Notes under the pieces: generated by a model
Told to the model about the DNA's origin: nothing
Database searches by the model: none
Seen by the model: the letters and a program-made list of their open reading frames with translations, nothing else
Shown: in pieces, positions 1 to 9,872 of the stretch
Numbering within the stretch: the first letter of the stretch is position 1
How the letters are laid out: each line of letters begins with the position of its first letter
Assembly: GCA_963719945.1 (NCBI GenBank)
Contig: CAVRDX010000003.1
Span: forward strand, 96,001-160,000
From: an uncultured Thermoplasmata archaeon
GTDB taxonomy: Archaea > Thermoplasmatota > Thermoplasmata > UBA10834
Direction of reading: 5' to 3'
DNA: 64,000 bases
Translations under genes and position numbers: made by a program

Positions 1-1141
1 GGCCATATGTGCTCAGAAGCAGCATCGCAGCAGCGAAGCAGATCAAGACCGTGACCTCGGGCCATACCTCTCCTATTCCCCAACCTCTGATCATGATGGA
101 CCTGCACCCCTCGACCGCGTAGGTCAAAGGTATGAAGTTCGAGACGGGTCTCAGGAGGTCAGGTACCGCCTCGATGGGCCAGAACACACCGGCCAAGAGG
201 ATCGAAGGGAATAGTATGAGCGGCATGAATTGAACTGCCTGGAATTCGTTCTTGGCTATGGATGACAGGAGGAATCCAAGGCCTTGATTCCCGACACCCA
301 ACAGGAATACCACGAGGAGCACCAGGAGGGCGCTGCCGACTATCTGCACCTGGAACAGAAGGATCGCAGTGGAGAGTATCACAAGCGACTGGATTAGCCC
401 TACGACCCCCAGTGCGATAGCATATCCTGCGACTATCTCCCCTTCTGTCAAAGGCGTTGTGAGCAATCGGTCGAGGGTCCCCGTCGACCGCTCGTGCACG
501 AACGATATGATTGATAGCATGAATGTCACCATCATCGCGGCGAGGCCCATGACACCGGGTGCGAAGAAGTCTATGAATTCCGCGCCCTCTCCGTATACCA
601 TGTTTTGGGAGACGATCACCGGTGATGCGATATCGTATTGGGTTAGCAGGACCTGTTGCACTGTTGTCTGGACTTCGGTGATTATCGCGCTCGCAATATT
701 CGGATTGCTCGCATCGATATAGATCATCAGTATGCCATGGATGCTCGACAAGTGATCCGCAGGTCCATCGATTGCCGATTCCACATTGCTCGAGAAGTTC
801 TGCGGGAAGACGATCACGGCCCATGCGTCTCCGTCCCTCACATTGCCTACAACGCTGTCGACTGATTGGGCATATCCATCCGGCAAGGACGGTTCGAGGA
901 TCCTCAGGACTTCCCCTGATTGTAGTTCATCGATTATCGAGGCAGATGTGGAACCGTTGACCGTTCCCTCGTCGAGATTGACGATGTATACGGAAATGTC
1001 CTTCAGCTCTCCACCAAATGTGTAGCCGAAGATGGCTATCATGAAGAGTGGCATGAGTACGAGGAATCCCGCGGTCCTTCGATCGTGCTTCAACGACCTC
1101 AGCGTCTTCCTAGTGACCGCCATCACACGTTTGAATTTCAT
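1..1141 (-). CDS. ABC-2 type transporter permease (3' end runs off the window)
   Basis: Not in the ORF track. Manual translation from ATG at 1141 gives MKFKRVMAVTRKTLRSLKHDRRT...FFAPGVMG...ERSTGTLDRLLTTPL...PLTYAVE, typical of ABC-2 permeases. ATGA overlap with the upstream ATPase stop. Confidence 0.9.
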   Translation of the reverse strand, partial: MKFKRVMAVTRKTLRSLKHDRRTAGFLVLMPLFMIAIFGYTFGGELKDISVYIVNLDEGTVNGSTSASIIDELQSGEVLRILEPSLPDGYAQSVDSVVGNVRDGDAWAVIVFPQNFSSNVESAIDGPADHLSSIHGILMIYIDASNPNIASAIITEVQTTVQQVLLTQYDIASPVIVSQNMVYGEGAEFIDFFAPGVMGLAAMMVTFMLSIISFVHERSTGTLDRLLTTPLTEGEIVAGYAIALGVVGLIQSLVILSTAILLFQVQIVGSALLVLLVVFLLGVGNQGLGFLLSSIAKNEFQAVQFMPLILFPSILLAGVFWPIEAVPDLLRPVSNFIPLTYAVEGCRSIMIRGWGIGEVWPEVTVLICFAAAMLLLSTYG

Positions 1142-1920
1142 TTCACTACCCCCTTCGAGAATGTCATGAATGCATCCTCCAAGTTGGTTGTCGATGACCT
1201 GTCCATCAGGTCTCTAGGTGATCCTTCGGCTATGAGTTTCCCCTGCCTCATCATCCCGACGACGTCGCATCTCACGGCTTCGTCCATGTAGTGTGTTGTG
1301 ATGACGACCGTCCTTCCTCGAGACTTGAGGTCATCAAAGTAATGCCAGAAACCCATCCGCAGCTCCGGGTCTACACCGACCGTAGGCTCATCCAAGAACA
1401 GAACCTCCGGATCGTGCATCATCGCACAGGCCAGCGATACCCTGTGCTTCATTCCCCCACTCAGTTGGGATGCGAGGCTATCTCCACGGTCACTGAGGTC
1501 GACCATGGAAAGTAGCTCCTCCTGCCTCTTGAGCAGTCCCTCTTGGTCCATGGAGTAGATGCTGCCGAACAGTTGCAGGTTCTCGGACACTGTGAGGTCT
1601 GTGTAGATCGCCATTTCCTGTGGCATGTACCCTATATCCGAAACCTTCACCTTCAATGGGATGCGCTCGCCGAGAACCTCCGCAGTTCCCGAGTTCGGCT
1701 TGAGCAGACCCACAAGCATCTTTATCGTTGTCGTCTTGCCAGATCCATTCGGCCCGATCATGCCATATAGGGTCCCTTTGCCGATCATGAGGTCCAAATC
1801 ATCCACTGCGACAAGGTCGTCGAACTCCTTTCTAAGCTGATGAGTCACGATAGCGTGTTCTTCGTGGGACGAGCTCTCATCGCGCGTGCCTCCCACCATC
1901 TTCACACTCCTTCTCTTCAT
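1138..1920 (-). CDS. ABC transporter ATP-binding protein (export type)
   Basis: Walker A GPNGSGKT, signature LSGGM, Walker B LFLDEPT, H-loop TTH. Alternative start ATG at 1899. Confidence 0.95.
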   Translation of the reverse strand: MKRRSVKMVGGTRDESSSHEEHAIVTHQLRKEFDDLVAVDDLDLMIGKGTLYGMIGPNGSGKTTTIKMLVGLLKPNSGTAEVLGERIPLKVKVSDIGYMPQEMAIYTDLTVSENLQLFGSIYSMDQEGLLKRQEELLSMVDLSDRGDSLASQLSGGMKHRVSLACAMMHDPEVLFLDEPTVGVDPELRMGFWHYFDDLKSRGRTVVITTHYMDEAVRCDVVGMMRQGKLIAEGSPRDLMDRSSTTNLEDAFMTFSKGVVK

Positions 1921-2543
1921 CTCGCCACCTTCTCCTCCAACCTGACGCCATTGACGAATACAGATGCGAAACCTCTGATGTAGATCTCATCCCCGACGGG
2001 GTCAAGGTCATCTCCTCCGAGCATGTACCGTGTGATGAAGTATCCCTGGACCATGCCCATCAGTGCCCTTGCAGCCACCTCTGGCTGAATCTCACGTATC
2101 CTTCCTTCTTCCACGAGCCTTGTCATCATCGCCGTGAGGAATTCGATTCCTCTTTGCATGACGGTCTCGGACAACATCTTCCTACTTTTCGGATATCGCC
2201 ATGCATCTCCAAGAACGACCATGAACAGATGTCTGTTCTTCTTAAGGATTGAGAGCACCGTTCTCACGTTGTGCACTATCAGCTCTTCGAGTGGTGCATC
2301 GTCGTCGAACCTCACATGCCCGGCGATATCATTCAGGACCGACTTCTCTGCAATGACTGCGGAGAAGAGTGCATTCTTCGACTTGAACTGCCTGAAGACC
2401 GTCACCTCATTGACTCCTGCACGTTCGGCGATCTCCTTGGTGGTGGCTGCAGTGAATCCTTTGCTTCCGAACACCTCCAATGCAGTCTTGAGTATCCTCT
2501 CCCTTGAATCTGTGGATCTCAAGCCTTTCGTTCGCCCTCTCAT
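1917..2543 (-). CDS. TetR/AcrR family transcriptional regulator
   Basis: HTH motif FGSKGFTAATTKEIAERAGVNEVTVFRQFKSK. ATG at 2543 preferred over TTG at 2555. Confidence 0.92.
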   Translation of the reverse strand: MRGRTKGLRSTDSRERILKTALEVFGSKGFTAATTKEIAERAGVNEVTVFRQFKSKNALFSAVIAEKSVLNDIAGHVRFDDDAPLEELIVHNVRTVLSILKKNRHLFMVVLGDAWRYPKSRKMLSETVMQRGIEFLTAMMTRLVEEGRIREIQPEVAARALMGMVQGYFITRYMLGGDDLDPVGDEIYIRGFASVFVNGVRLEEKVAR

Positions 2544-2550
2544 CAATGAG

Positions 2551-2568
2551 TGCAAGTACTTACTTGCA
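2551..2568. promoter_or_regulatory. Perfect inverted repeat, probable TetR operator
   Basis: TGCAAGTA-CT-TACTTGCA lies between a TATA-like element (about 2567-2574, minus strand) and the TetR start. Confidence 0.7.
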
Positions 2569-2703
2569 TATATTCGTTACTGACCGCCATGTCATATTCG
2601 ATACGACAGTCGACTCGAATGTATGGGCTGGACTGGTTATCATCAGTGAGATTCCTGGTCTGAACGATTATATAGACAAGGGATTATTTCCAAAGCGTTC
2701 TGA

Positions 2704-3216
2704 ATGCCTTCAAGAAAGTACATACTCAAGCTTTGTCTCCTCGGTGACGGTGCCGTCGGGAAGACGAGCCTTGTCCGAAGATATGTTCATGATTCTTTCG
2801 ATGACAAGTATCTGATATCTTTCGGAACCAAAGTGTCCAAGAAGACCGTCACGGTCTCGGAGGCGGACGCCGATCTTATGATATGGGATATTCTGGGACA
2901 AAAGACCCACGAATCCCTCCATTCCGCGTACTACAGAGGCGCCGCAGGCGCCTTCGCTGTATGTGATTTCACCCGAAAGCCGACGGTCGAATCCGTGGCC
3001 ACTTGGATCGACAGCCTCAGAGAGGTTGTGGGCGACATCCCGATCATAATGCTCGCCAACAAGTGCGACCTCCCGAAGGCTTTCCCGTCTGAAGAGATAC
3101 GTTCCATTGCATCATCGAAAGGCTGTGATATGATGGAAACGAGCGCCAAGACGGGAGAGAACGTCGAAGAGGCCTTCCTAGCATTGACCCGGAAGATCCT
3201 GGAGGCGAATCCATGA
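2704..3216 (+). CDS. Rab-like small GTPase (Ras superfamily)
   Basis: G1 GDGAVGKT, G3 WDILGQ, G4 NKCD, G5 ETSAK and Rab-like YYRGA. No C-terminal Cys. Confidence 0.93.
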   Translation: MPSRKYILKLCLLGDGAVGKTSLVRRYVHDSFDDKYLISFGTKVSKKTVTVSEADADLMIWDILGQKTHESLHSAYYRGAAGAFAVCDFTRKPTVESVATWIDSLREVVGDIPIIMLANKCDLPKAFPSEEIRSIASSKGCDMMETSAKTGENVEEAFLALTRKILEANP

Positions 3217-4145
3217 AGCAGATCCCGTTCTTCGTCATGCCCGGGATCGCACTCTCCCACCTGCGAGAGGAGCTCGAGATCGTCGAAGGTGAGCACCGGG
3301 CTAAACTGATGCTGTACCGATACGGTCAGAGGTGCGGTCGAGCATTGGTCCAGAGCTATGCCATGACTTGTTCAGGTTTGCTCGAGGTCAGGGCTGTGAT
3401 CGAGCCCATATGGATGGAAGCAGGTCTGAGCCGGATAAAGGTCGATTCCGCGGAGGAGTCCGACATGGTCGTGAGCCTCGAGGATTCGATAGAGGCGAAG
3501 GAGGGCAAGACATGCGAGTTCGCGAGAGGTTATCTGTCCGGCATCGTCTCCGAGCTGACCGGCAAACGGTTCGAGGTCGATGAGGTGGAATGCGCGAGCA
3601 CGGGATACATCGCATGTGTTCTCCAGGCCTACGAGGTCGTTGACAACCTCAAGCCTACCAAACAGGTCGAGGCGGAGACCGCGCGGAAGTACAATCTGGA
3701 ATCCGGCTATTCATATCTGATAAAGGAAGAGATACCTGACCAGGCGTTCGACATATTCGTCGACTCTGCAAAGCATGGCGTCCCGTGCCTTTGTGTCACG
3801 CGTGAATACCCTGAGAAGGTGAAGGAGCGGTGGGATCTGAAAGGTACCCCATTCCTTTGGTTGTCGATGGATCAGGAGAAGACATATTCCAGGGAGCCTT
3901 CGAACCTGGCTCTACTCTACTCTGACATGAAGACGTTCATCACGGAAAACAGCAACTGCGCGGTCCTCCTGTCCGGCATCGAATATCTGATCTCACAGAA
4001 CGGTTTCCAGAAGGTCCTGAAACTGCTGCAGCATCTGAACGACAAGATCGCAGTTTCAGATTCCACACTCTTCGTCCCGATAAGTCCGTTGACCGTTTCG
4101 GAACCGGAGTTGAAGATGCTCGAGAAAGAGATGAGGTCCTTCTAG
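3213..4145 (+). CDS. V4R domain plus DUF835 domain protein
   Basis: V4R pattern CEFARGYLSG...EVECASTGYIAC; C-terminal DUF835-like LCVTREYP...WLS...GIEYLISQNGF. ATGA overlap with the GTPase. Confidence 0.8.
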   Translation: MKQIPFFVMPGIALSHLREELEIVEGEHRAKLMLYRYGQRCGRALVQSYAMTCSGLLEVRAVIEPIWMEAGLSRIKVDSAEESDMVVSLEDSIEAKEGKTCEFARGYLSGIVSELTGKRFEVDEVECASTGYIACVLQAYEVVDNLKPTKQVEAETARKYNLESGYSYLIKEEIPDQAFDIFVDSAKHGVPCLCVTREYPEKVKERWDLKGTPFLWLSMDQEKTYSREPSNLALLYSDMKTFITENSNCAVLLSGIEYLISQNGFQKVLKLLQHLNDKIAVSDSTLFVPISPLTVSEPELKMLEKEMRSF

Positions 4146-4178
4146 ATGATCATAGATCTTCCAGCGGTGGGATGAGTT

Positions 4179-4631
4179 TTGAGGTACGCAGTAATCGTCT
4201 GCCCAAAGTGCAACAAGGCAAAAGGAATCGACACGATCAAGAAGACGACTACATGCCCTTGTGGAAGGGAGATCGTATTCGCGCGGGCCAAATTCTATTT
4301 CGAGACAGACTCGCCTCTCGAATTGGCCGGTGCCGTCGCTGAGGCCAATGCGCAACTGGGGGATGGGAATGTCCCTAAGATCGCCAAGAAACCCAGGAAG
4401 AGGGATGCATATTCATCCATATCTGAAAGGGTGCGGTCCATTCGCGACCCAGTCGAACGAATGCGGGTCATCGCATCGGAGCTCACAGAAGCGAAGGGTG
4501 AGTTCTGTCTCGAGGATGTCAAGCGCGTCCTGACATTGACGGGCAAAGACGCTCCGGAGGACATCATCACAAAACTGCAGAAGCTGAACCTGATCTACGA
4601 GGTCTCGGAAGGCAGGTTCAGATCGGTCTGA
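4179..4631 (+). CDS. Zinc-ribbon protein with C-terminal winged-helix-like region (DUF1922/DUF5817-like)
   Basis: YAVIVCPKC...TTTCPCG at the N-terminus; LIYEVSEGRF at the C-terminus. Confidence 0.7.
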   Translation: MRYAVIVCPKCNKAKGIDTIKKTTTCPCGREIVFARAKFYFETDSPLELAGAVAEANAQLGDGNVPKIAKKPRKRDAYSSISERVRSIRDPVERMRVIASELTEAKGEFCLEDVKRVLTLTGKDAPEDIITKLQKLNLIYEVSEGRFRSV

Positions 4632-4634
4632 TGC

Positions 4635-5357
4635 TCACTTCTTTTTCTTGAGTCCTCTGATAGAGTCTTCGACGAGGTTGGGTAGCGACTCCCTGTATAT
4701 CTTCAGATATGCGTAAATCACTACAGCCGATGCTGCAGCCAGCCCTATCAGGTTCAACGGTGGCTCGACGATTTCGAACATGAAGAACGGTACCATCAAT
4801 AGGTTGTATCCGAGATGGATCAGAAGTGCCTCGATGAAGTATCCCTTCACCTCTCCCCTCGCGACTCCCACTCCTATCAGTGTGGTCGTGGCGCCGTGGA
4901 GCAGAACGAGCTGTAGGCCGAGGAGTGAGTACGCGATCATGTCTACAGCCTGTAGGTTCTCCACACTAACCGCGCTCGCGAATATCGTAGCGAACGTGAA
5001 AGTCGCAGATATCCCAAGCCCTAGGGATAGTCCGTAGAACGCGGTATCGATCTTCCGCTGGAACCGTGGGAAGTTCAGGATGATTACCTTGAAGAGTTCC
5101 TCCATGACTGCAAAGCCGACTATGAGTGCCAGTATGGTCTCGACAGAGGACATCATCTGGCCCCAAGATTCGAAGGCGAACATGATCATCCCCAGGACTA
5201 TCCCCAGGGCGAAGAATGCGAAGACCTTCCGGTCATCGAAGAACGGTTTCTCCACCTTCGGGAAAGTGTACTCATTGAGGGTGAAGAACATCAGGGTGAG
5301 CGCTGGTGCAAATCCCGCGATTGCACTGGCGACGGTTATCATGTCTACCATGGTCAT
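4635..5357 (-). CDS. PrsW-like intramembrane protease family protein
   Basis: Multiple TM helices with EELFK, LLHG and IHLGYN motifs. Confidence 0.7.
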   Translation of the reverse strand: MTMVDMITVASAIAGFAPALTLMFFTLNEYTFPKVEKPFFDDRKVFAFFALGIVLGMIMFAFESWGQMMSSVETILALIVGFAVMEELFKVIILNFPRFQRKIDTAFYGLSLGLGISATFTFATIFASAVSVENLQAVDMIAYSLLGLQLVLLHGATTTLIGVGVARGEVKGYFIEALLIHLGYNLLMVPFFMFEIVEPPLNLIGLAAASAVVIYAYLKIYRESLPNLVEDSIRGLKKKK

Positions 5358-5432
5358 CTTACTGTATTCCTAGGACGTTGATAACTTTATAGGGTGTAGC
5401 TATGGTGACGGGATGGTAGGGAGACCGATTTA

Positions 5433-5690
5433 ATGGCTAGATGTTCGCGATGCGGGAAGGATATCGGCCCAGCGTCTCAATGTCCGAGCTGTGGATATCC
5501 CCCGAGTCAGAGCGTGGTAGGCAAGAGCATCGACAAGGCGGCCGTCGTGGCTGGCGAGGTCATAGAGAAGGTTGTGAAGGAGGCAGAACCCGTATTCAAG
5601 AAGGCGATCGATCTCGGGACGAAAGGGGTCTCAATAGCGAAAAGCAAGACCCTCGAAGTCGCTAAGGATCTGAAAGAGATGGATCAGTGA
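5433..5690 (+). CDS. Small zinc-ribbon protein with amphipathic helical tail
   Basis: CSRCG...CPSCG; upstream GGGAG RBS and TATA-like TTTATA. Confidence 0.65.
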   Translation: MARCSRCGKDIGPASQCPSCGYPPSQSVVGKSIDKAAVVAGEVIEKVVKEAEPVFKKAIDLGTKGVSIAKSKTLEVAKDLKEMDQ

Positions 5691-5691
5691 T

Positions 5692-7623
5692 TCATCTCTT
5701 CCGTTTCTTCTTCTCAACCTTCTTGGCAGGCTGTTCCATGTTGCCCGCGAGTTTGTCGAAGTAGTGTGCTACGACGCAGCTGTCCGCACACTTTCCGCAT
5801 CTCGTGCATTTCTCAGAATCCACAAATATTCCGTTGTCGACCTTTATGGCGCCCTTGGGGCAAGCTCTCACACAGATGCCGCATGAAGTGCACAGGTTCG
5901 CCCTGAGCACGGCCCTCGCAAGCTTATCGAACAAGATCGAGGATTCCTTGGGGCTGTCGGCAACGGAGCTTATCTGGCCAGCGGCGAAGACCTTTCCTCT
6001 ACCCCGGTTGGTATCGACCATGGCGACACCGAAGTCCTCCATAGTCCGCACATCACCGATGGTCTTCAACACCTCAGCTACTTGCTCGAACCCACGGGAT
6101 TGAGGCGTATCCAATACGGCCTCGATCGAGTATCCTCCCGCTATGCATGGACTGACGCCTTTCACAAGCCTCAGCGAGAGAGTGTCCGCTCTCTTCATCT
6201 CGATCTTTATCCCCAACCTTTCGGCGAGCTCCCTCATCTTGGGCGGGAGTTCTTTCCATCTCCAGAAGCCATGTGCGACGAATTCTTTGGGTAGGTCGTG
6301 CTGGTCCGCCCAGGAATTCAGTCTCATCTCCCACACCTTCGCTAGATTCGGGCTGATCCTGGATATCTCCGCACACTCGCTCGCAAGCGCTGACGGACAC
6401 ATCCAACACCCGACTCTCTCGATGTCCTCGTCGTACAATGCATTATACTGGAGCTTCCTCCAGATTATGTATAGCCAGACATCGAGGCCTGTCCAATCCC
6501 TTATCGGGTTGACGATCACCTGTCCAGGCACGAACGGATTACCATCGACCAGCTCCAGTCTGGATCTCGCGAACGATTCCAGCTTCCTGTTTCCCTCGAC
6601 TGTGATGGTACCCTGCGGAAAATTCTCTTCGATGACTTGAGACACTGGAGCGAGCTTGCATACCTTGCAGCACCATCTGAAATCTTTCGCGGGTGGACCG
6701 AATGCATCGAAATGCTCGTCAAAAGCGTTCCCGGCAGATGCAGTTATCAATCTGAGTGATAGTGAATGCCTTATCTTCTCCACATATTCCCTGGTCTGTG
6801 GATGTTCGAGACCAGTGTCGATGTAGATGGTGGTGAAATCGTTAGTGATCGAACGGACCATGTCGAGAACGACCAGACTATCCTTTCCCCCACTGAAGGA
6901 AATGGTCAAGGGCAGGTTGTGTTTTGAAAGCACATCCTTGATTTCATGCTCTGCCTTGGCCTTCTTGGCCGAGAGATACTGTTCGTTAGCTCTGACGACT
7001 GCCTTCGTCCAAGCGCGCTTGCCTGATCGGAGCGGCCCGAATTTCGCAAAATCCCTGACGCGCACTCCCTTGGGGTTGATCTTGAGCTGGGACGCATTGA
7101 CCTTGGCTGTGCCGCATCCGATGAACTTGCCCATCTGGATCACGACCTCGTCGCCTTCTCGGATGCCGGGGTCGTAGCTCTCTATGTATTCCGGGGGCAG
7201 ATGCTTTCCCTTCATGTGCCCCTCCGCCTTGCTGAGCTTGATCAACTTCTTCGTGTTCCTGGCAGCGAGCATCCTGGCGCCATCGAGTCTGAGCGTGAGC
7301 GAATAATCCTTCTTCTCCAGGTCGTAGGCGAGCTTCGCGACCCTTCGCCCATCTATGATGACCTCGTCTGCCCTGTCCTCACCCGAGGTCTTGTTGAGTA
7401 TGACGACCTCGGGCACTATCTGCTGGACCCCGAACTGCCTGAGGAAGAGGTATCTCAACCTCCTCTTCGTCCCTTCGAGCGCGAGTCTGACCTCTCCTGG
7501 CGGGGCGAGGTCGACAAACTCACCATAGTCACCGCATTTCCCGCAGTATTTCCCTATCAGTGGAACATTGCACCTGTCGCACCAGAGTAGCGGGTGTTGG
7601 GAATCGCTATGGTATGGGCTCAC
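5692..7623 (-). CDS. PAPS reductase-family protein with PUA and 4Fe-4S domains
   Basis: PP-loop SFSGGKDS, RWCCKVCK, RVGCWMCP, N-terminal Zn ribbon, PUA-like region, C-terminal CxxCxxCxxxCP. Confidence 0.88.
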   Translation of the reverse strand: MSPYHSDSQHPLLWCDRCNVPLIGKYCGKCGDYGEFVDLAPPGEVRLALEGTKRRLRYLFLRQFGVQQIVPEVVILNKTSGEDRADEVIIDGRRVAKLAYDLEKKDYSLTLRLDGARMLAARNTKKLIKLSKAEGHMKGKHLPPEYIESYDPGIREGDEVVIQMGKFIGCGTAKVNASQLKINPKGVRVRDFAKFGPLRSGKRAWTKAVVRANEQYLSAKKAKAEHEIKDVLSKHNLPLTISFSGGKDSLVVLDMVRSITNDFTTIYIDTGLEHPQTREYVEKIRHSLSLRLITASAGNAFDEHFDAFGPPAKDFRWCCKVCKLAPVSQVIEENFPQGTITVEGNRKLESFARSRLELVDGNPFVPGQVIVNPIRDWTGLDVWLYIIWRKLQYNALYDEDIERVGCWMCPSALASECAEISRISPNLAKVWEMRLNSWADQHDLPKEFVAHGFWRWKELPPKMRELAERLGIKIEMKRADTLSLRLVKGVSPCIAGGYSIEAVLDTPQSRGFEQVAEVLKTIGDVRTMEDFGVAMVDTNRGRGKVFAAGQISSVADSPKESSILFDKLARAVLRANLCTSCGICVRACPKGAIKVDNGIFVDSEKCTRCGKCADSCVVAHYFDKLAGNMEQPAKKVEKKKRKR

Positions 7624-7745
7624 GGGCCGTCCTAGACCTGATGCGGTAATTAAACTGTGCGGTCCATAGCCATCCAGGTCCGCCTAACCAATCATTTAGA
7701 GATTAGGCAATCTATAATTAGACGGTTCATCTCATTCCGTCTCCG

Positions 7746-8432
7746 ATGCGCAGGCGGCATGATGAGGCGTACACAATCGTCGAGCCAAACTACTCCTCAA
7801 GCTATACGATCGATCCCTACGGTGTGAGTTACATAGCTCCTCGCAGACCGTTCTTCAGCAAGACCGAATTGAAGAATATCGCACTTGCAGTCGGCGTCTT
7901 GATACTCGCACTCACCCTCGTTCTATGGAACAGGGACATTGTCTCACTACCATTCACCGTGACGTTAGCCATCATGGCAGTATTCCTTGGGTTCTTCTCC
8001 CATGAGATGGCTCATAAGGTTCTTGCACGAAGGTACGGGTGCTGGGCAGAGTTCAGGGCCGACATCCGCGGCCTCGGATTCGCGTTGCTCCTATCGTTTC
8101 TCGGATTTCTATTCGCGGCACCTGGTGCGGTATATATCATGGGTCGTGTCTCAAAGGAACAGAACGGCAAAATCAGTATAGTTGGCCCCGCCTCCAACCT
8201 GGTGATAGCACTAGCCTGCTTGCCCTTCTTGGATTTATGGGGCTTCGGCCTACCAGGAGTTGTTGCGAGCATCGCGTTCAGTCTATACTTCTTCAACACA
8301 TTCCTGGCGGTGTTTAACATGGTGCCCATCCCTCCATTGGATGGGTCGAAGATATGGATGTGGAATAAACCAATCTATATCGTCTGCATGACGGCCGCAG
8401 TCTTAATGTTCATCCTTGCATGGATTGCATGA
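7746..8432 (+). CDS. Site-2 protease (peptidase M50) family
   Basis: HEMAH and FNMVPIPPLDG motifs with TM helices. Confidence 0.92.
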   Translation: MRRRHDEAYTIVEPNYSSSYTIDPYGVSYIAPRRPFFSKTELKNIALAVGVLILALTLVLWNRDIVSLPFTVTLAIMAVFLGFFSHEMAHKVLARRYGCWAEFRADIRGLGFALLLSFLGFLFAAPGAVYIMGRVSKEQNGKISIVGPASNLVIALACLPFLDLWGFGLPGVVASIAFSLYFFNTFLAVFNMVPIPPLDGSKIWMWNKPIYIVCMTAAVLMFILAWIA

Positions 8433-9872
8433 ACAGTCATTCGTCTCTTCCAGGAATGCAGGGTATCTGAGCTCGTAGATTATGCTGCCCTCCCAGTCGA
8501 AGATCTTGCCCGGGTTCATTATGTTCTTTGGATCGAGCGCATGTTTGATCGCTTTCATTGCGCCGAGGGAATCCGCCCGTTCCTTCTGCATGTAAGGCGC
8601 CTTCGTGATGGACACTCCATGCTCGCCGGTGACGGTCCCTCCCAGTTCCAGGACCTTGTCATAGATCATTCCTACAGCCTTCTCTCCGGCTCGCCAGCTC
8701 TCTTTGGAATAGGGCTCCACAAGCATCTTCGTGTGCAAGTTCCCGTCCGCAGAGTGACCATATGTTCCGACGACGACCCCATTCTCCGCAGCGATCTTCT
8801 GGAAAGCGACGACCGCTTCCGGTATTCTTGAGATTGGCACGGACATGTCGTCCGCAAGCGCTACCGAGACGAACTTCTCGCCGTATCTGCTGAGCGACGG
8901 CATTATCGCCTTGCGGGCCTGGGTCCACTCATCGATCTTCTTCTTGTCCCTGGATTTCTCCGTCGAGACCGCGCCCGTGCTCCTGCAGATCTCTTCGACC
9001 GTGATCATCTCTTCATCTACTGCGACGGGATGGCCGTCAACCTCTATCATGCATAGAGCTTCGCAATCAGGAAGTCCTATGTTCATGCACTTGTTGATTG
9101 CCTTGATGCACACGGAATCCATCAGCTCAATGGCCGATGGAAGTAGTGGCTTCGCGATTATGTTCGAGACGCATTGGCCTGCGTCCTTGAGTGATTTGAA
9201 TGCTGCGACGGTCATCCCCGAAGCCTTGGGCTTTACAGTGAACCTCATATTGATCTCCGTGATGATCCCCAGGGTCCCTTCGCTGCCGACCATGAGTCTG
9301 TCAAGCTGGTATCCCGAGGAGTTCTTCAGGGTTCTTGTGCCGGTATGAATTATCTCCCCCGTTGGAAGTACGACCTCCAATCCGAGCACATAGTCCCTGG
9401 TCGCCCCGTACTTGATCGCCCTCATACCAGAGGCGTTCGTGGCGACCATGCCACCTATCGTGCATGCTTCACCGCTACCAGGAGTCGCCGGGAACCAGAA
9501 ACCACGCTTGCCGAGTTCTGCGTTCAGTTTATCGTAAATGACTCCGGGCTCCACAACGCAATATAAGTCCTCGACCCTGAGTTCTTTGATCTTGTTCATC
9601 TGGGTCATGTCGACGATTATGCCGCCTTTGACCGGTACCGTATGTCCGCACATGGCAGTGCCAGCGCCTCTCGGCACTATCGGCGTCTCCGTCCTGTTCG
9701 CCAGCTTGACGATCTCCGATACCTGTTGAGCGTTCGCGGGTCTGACGACTGCATCGGGCGTGACATGGTGTATGGATGCGTCGAAGCCGTAGACGTAAAG
9801 GTCCGCGATCTCGGTTGACACGCGTTCCTTGCCTACTATCTTCTCTAGCTCTCCAACGACCTCGTGCTTCAT
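8403..9872 (-). CDS. FAD-linked oxidase, GlcD/D-lactate dehydrogenase-like
   Basis: PRGAGT, TIGGMVATNASG, GSEGTLG, GHSADGNLH, GEHG, DPKNIMNPGK. Confidence 0.9.
   Translation of the reverse strand: MKHEVVGELEKIVGKERVSTEIADLYVYGFDASIHHVTPDAVVRPANAQQVSEIVKLANRTETPIVPRGAGTAMCGHTVPVKGGIIVDMTQMNKIKELRVEDLYCVVEPGVIYDKLNAELGKRGFWFPATPGSGEACTIGGMVATNASGMRAIKYGATRDYVLGLEVVLPTGEIIHTGTRTLKNSSGYQLDRLMVGSEGTLGIITEINMRFTVKPKASGMTVAAFKSLKDAGQCVSNIIAKPLLPSAIELMDSVCIKAINKCMNIGLPDCEALCMIEVDGHPVAVDEEMITVEEICRSTGAVSTEKSRDKKKIDEWTQARKAIMPSLSRYGEKFVSVALADDMSVPISRIPEAVVAFQKIAAENGVVVGTYGHSADGNLHTKMLVEPYSKESWRAGEKAVGMIYDKVLELGGTVTGEHGVSITKAPYMQKERADSLGAMKAIKHALDPKNIMNPGKIFDWEGSIIYELRYPAFLEETNDCSCNPCKDEH

Noticed and set aside
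159-1025. ORF-track entries 159-824 (-) and several short + ORFs
   Set aside because: They are shadow frames of the ABC permease that runs off the window edge. The many short antisense ORFs across the window were rejected for the same reason.
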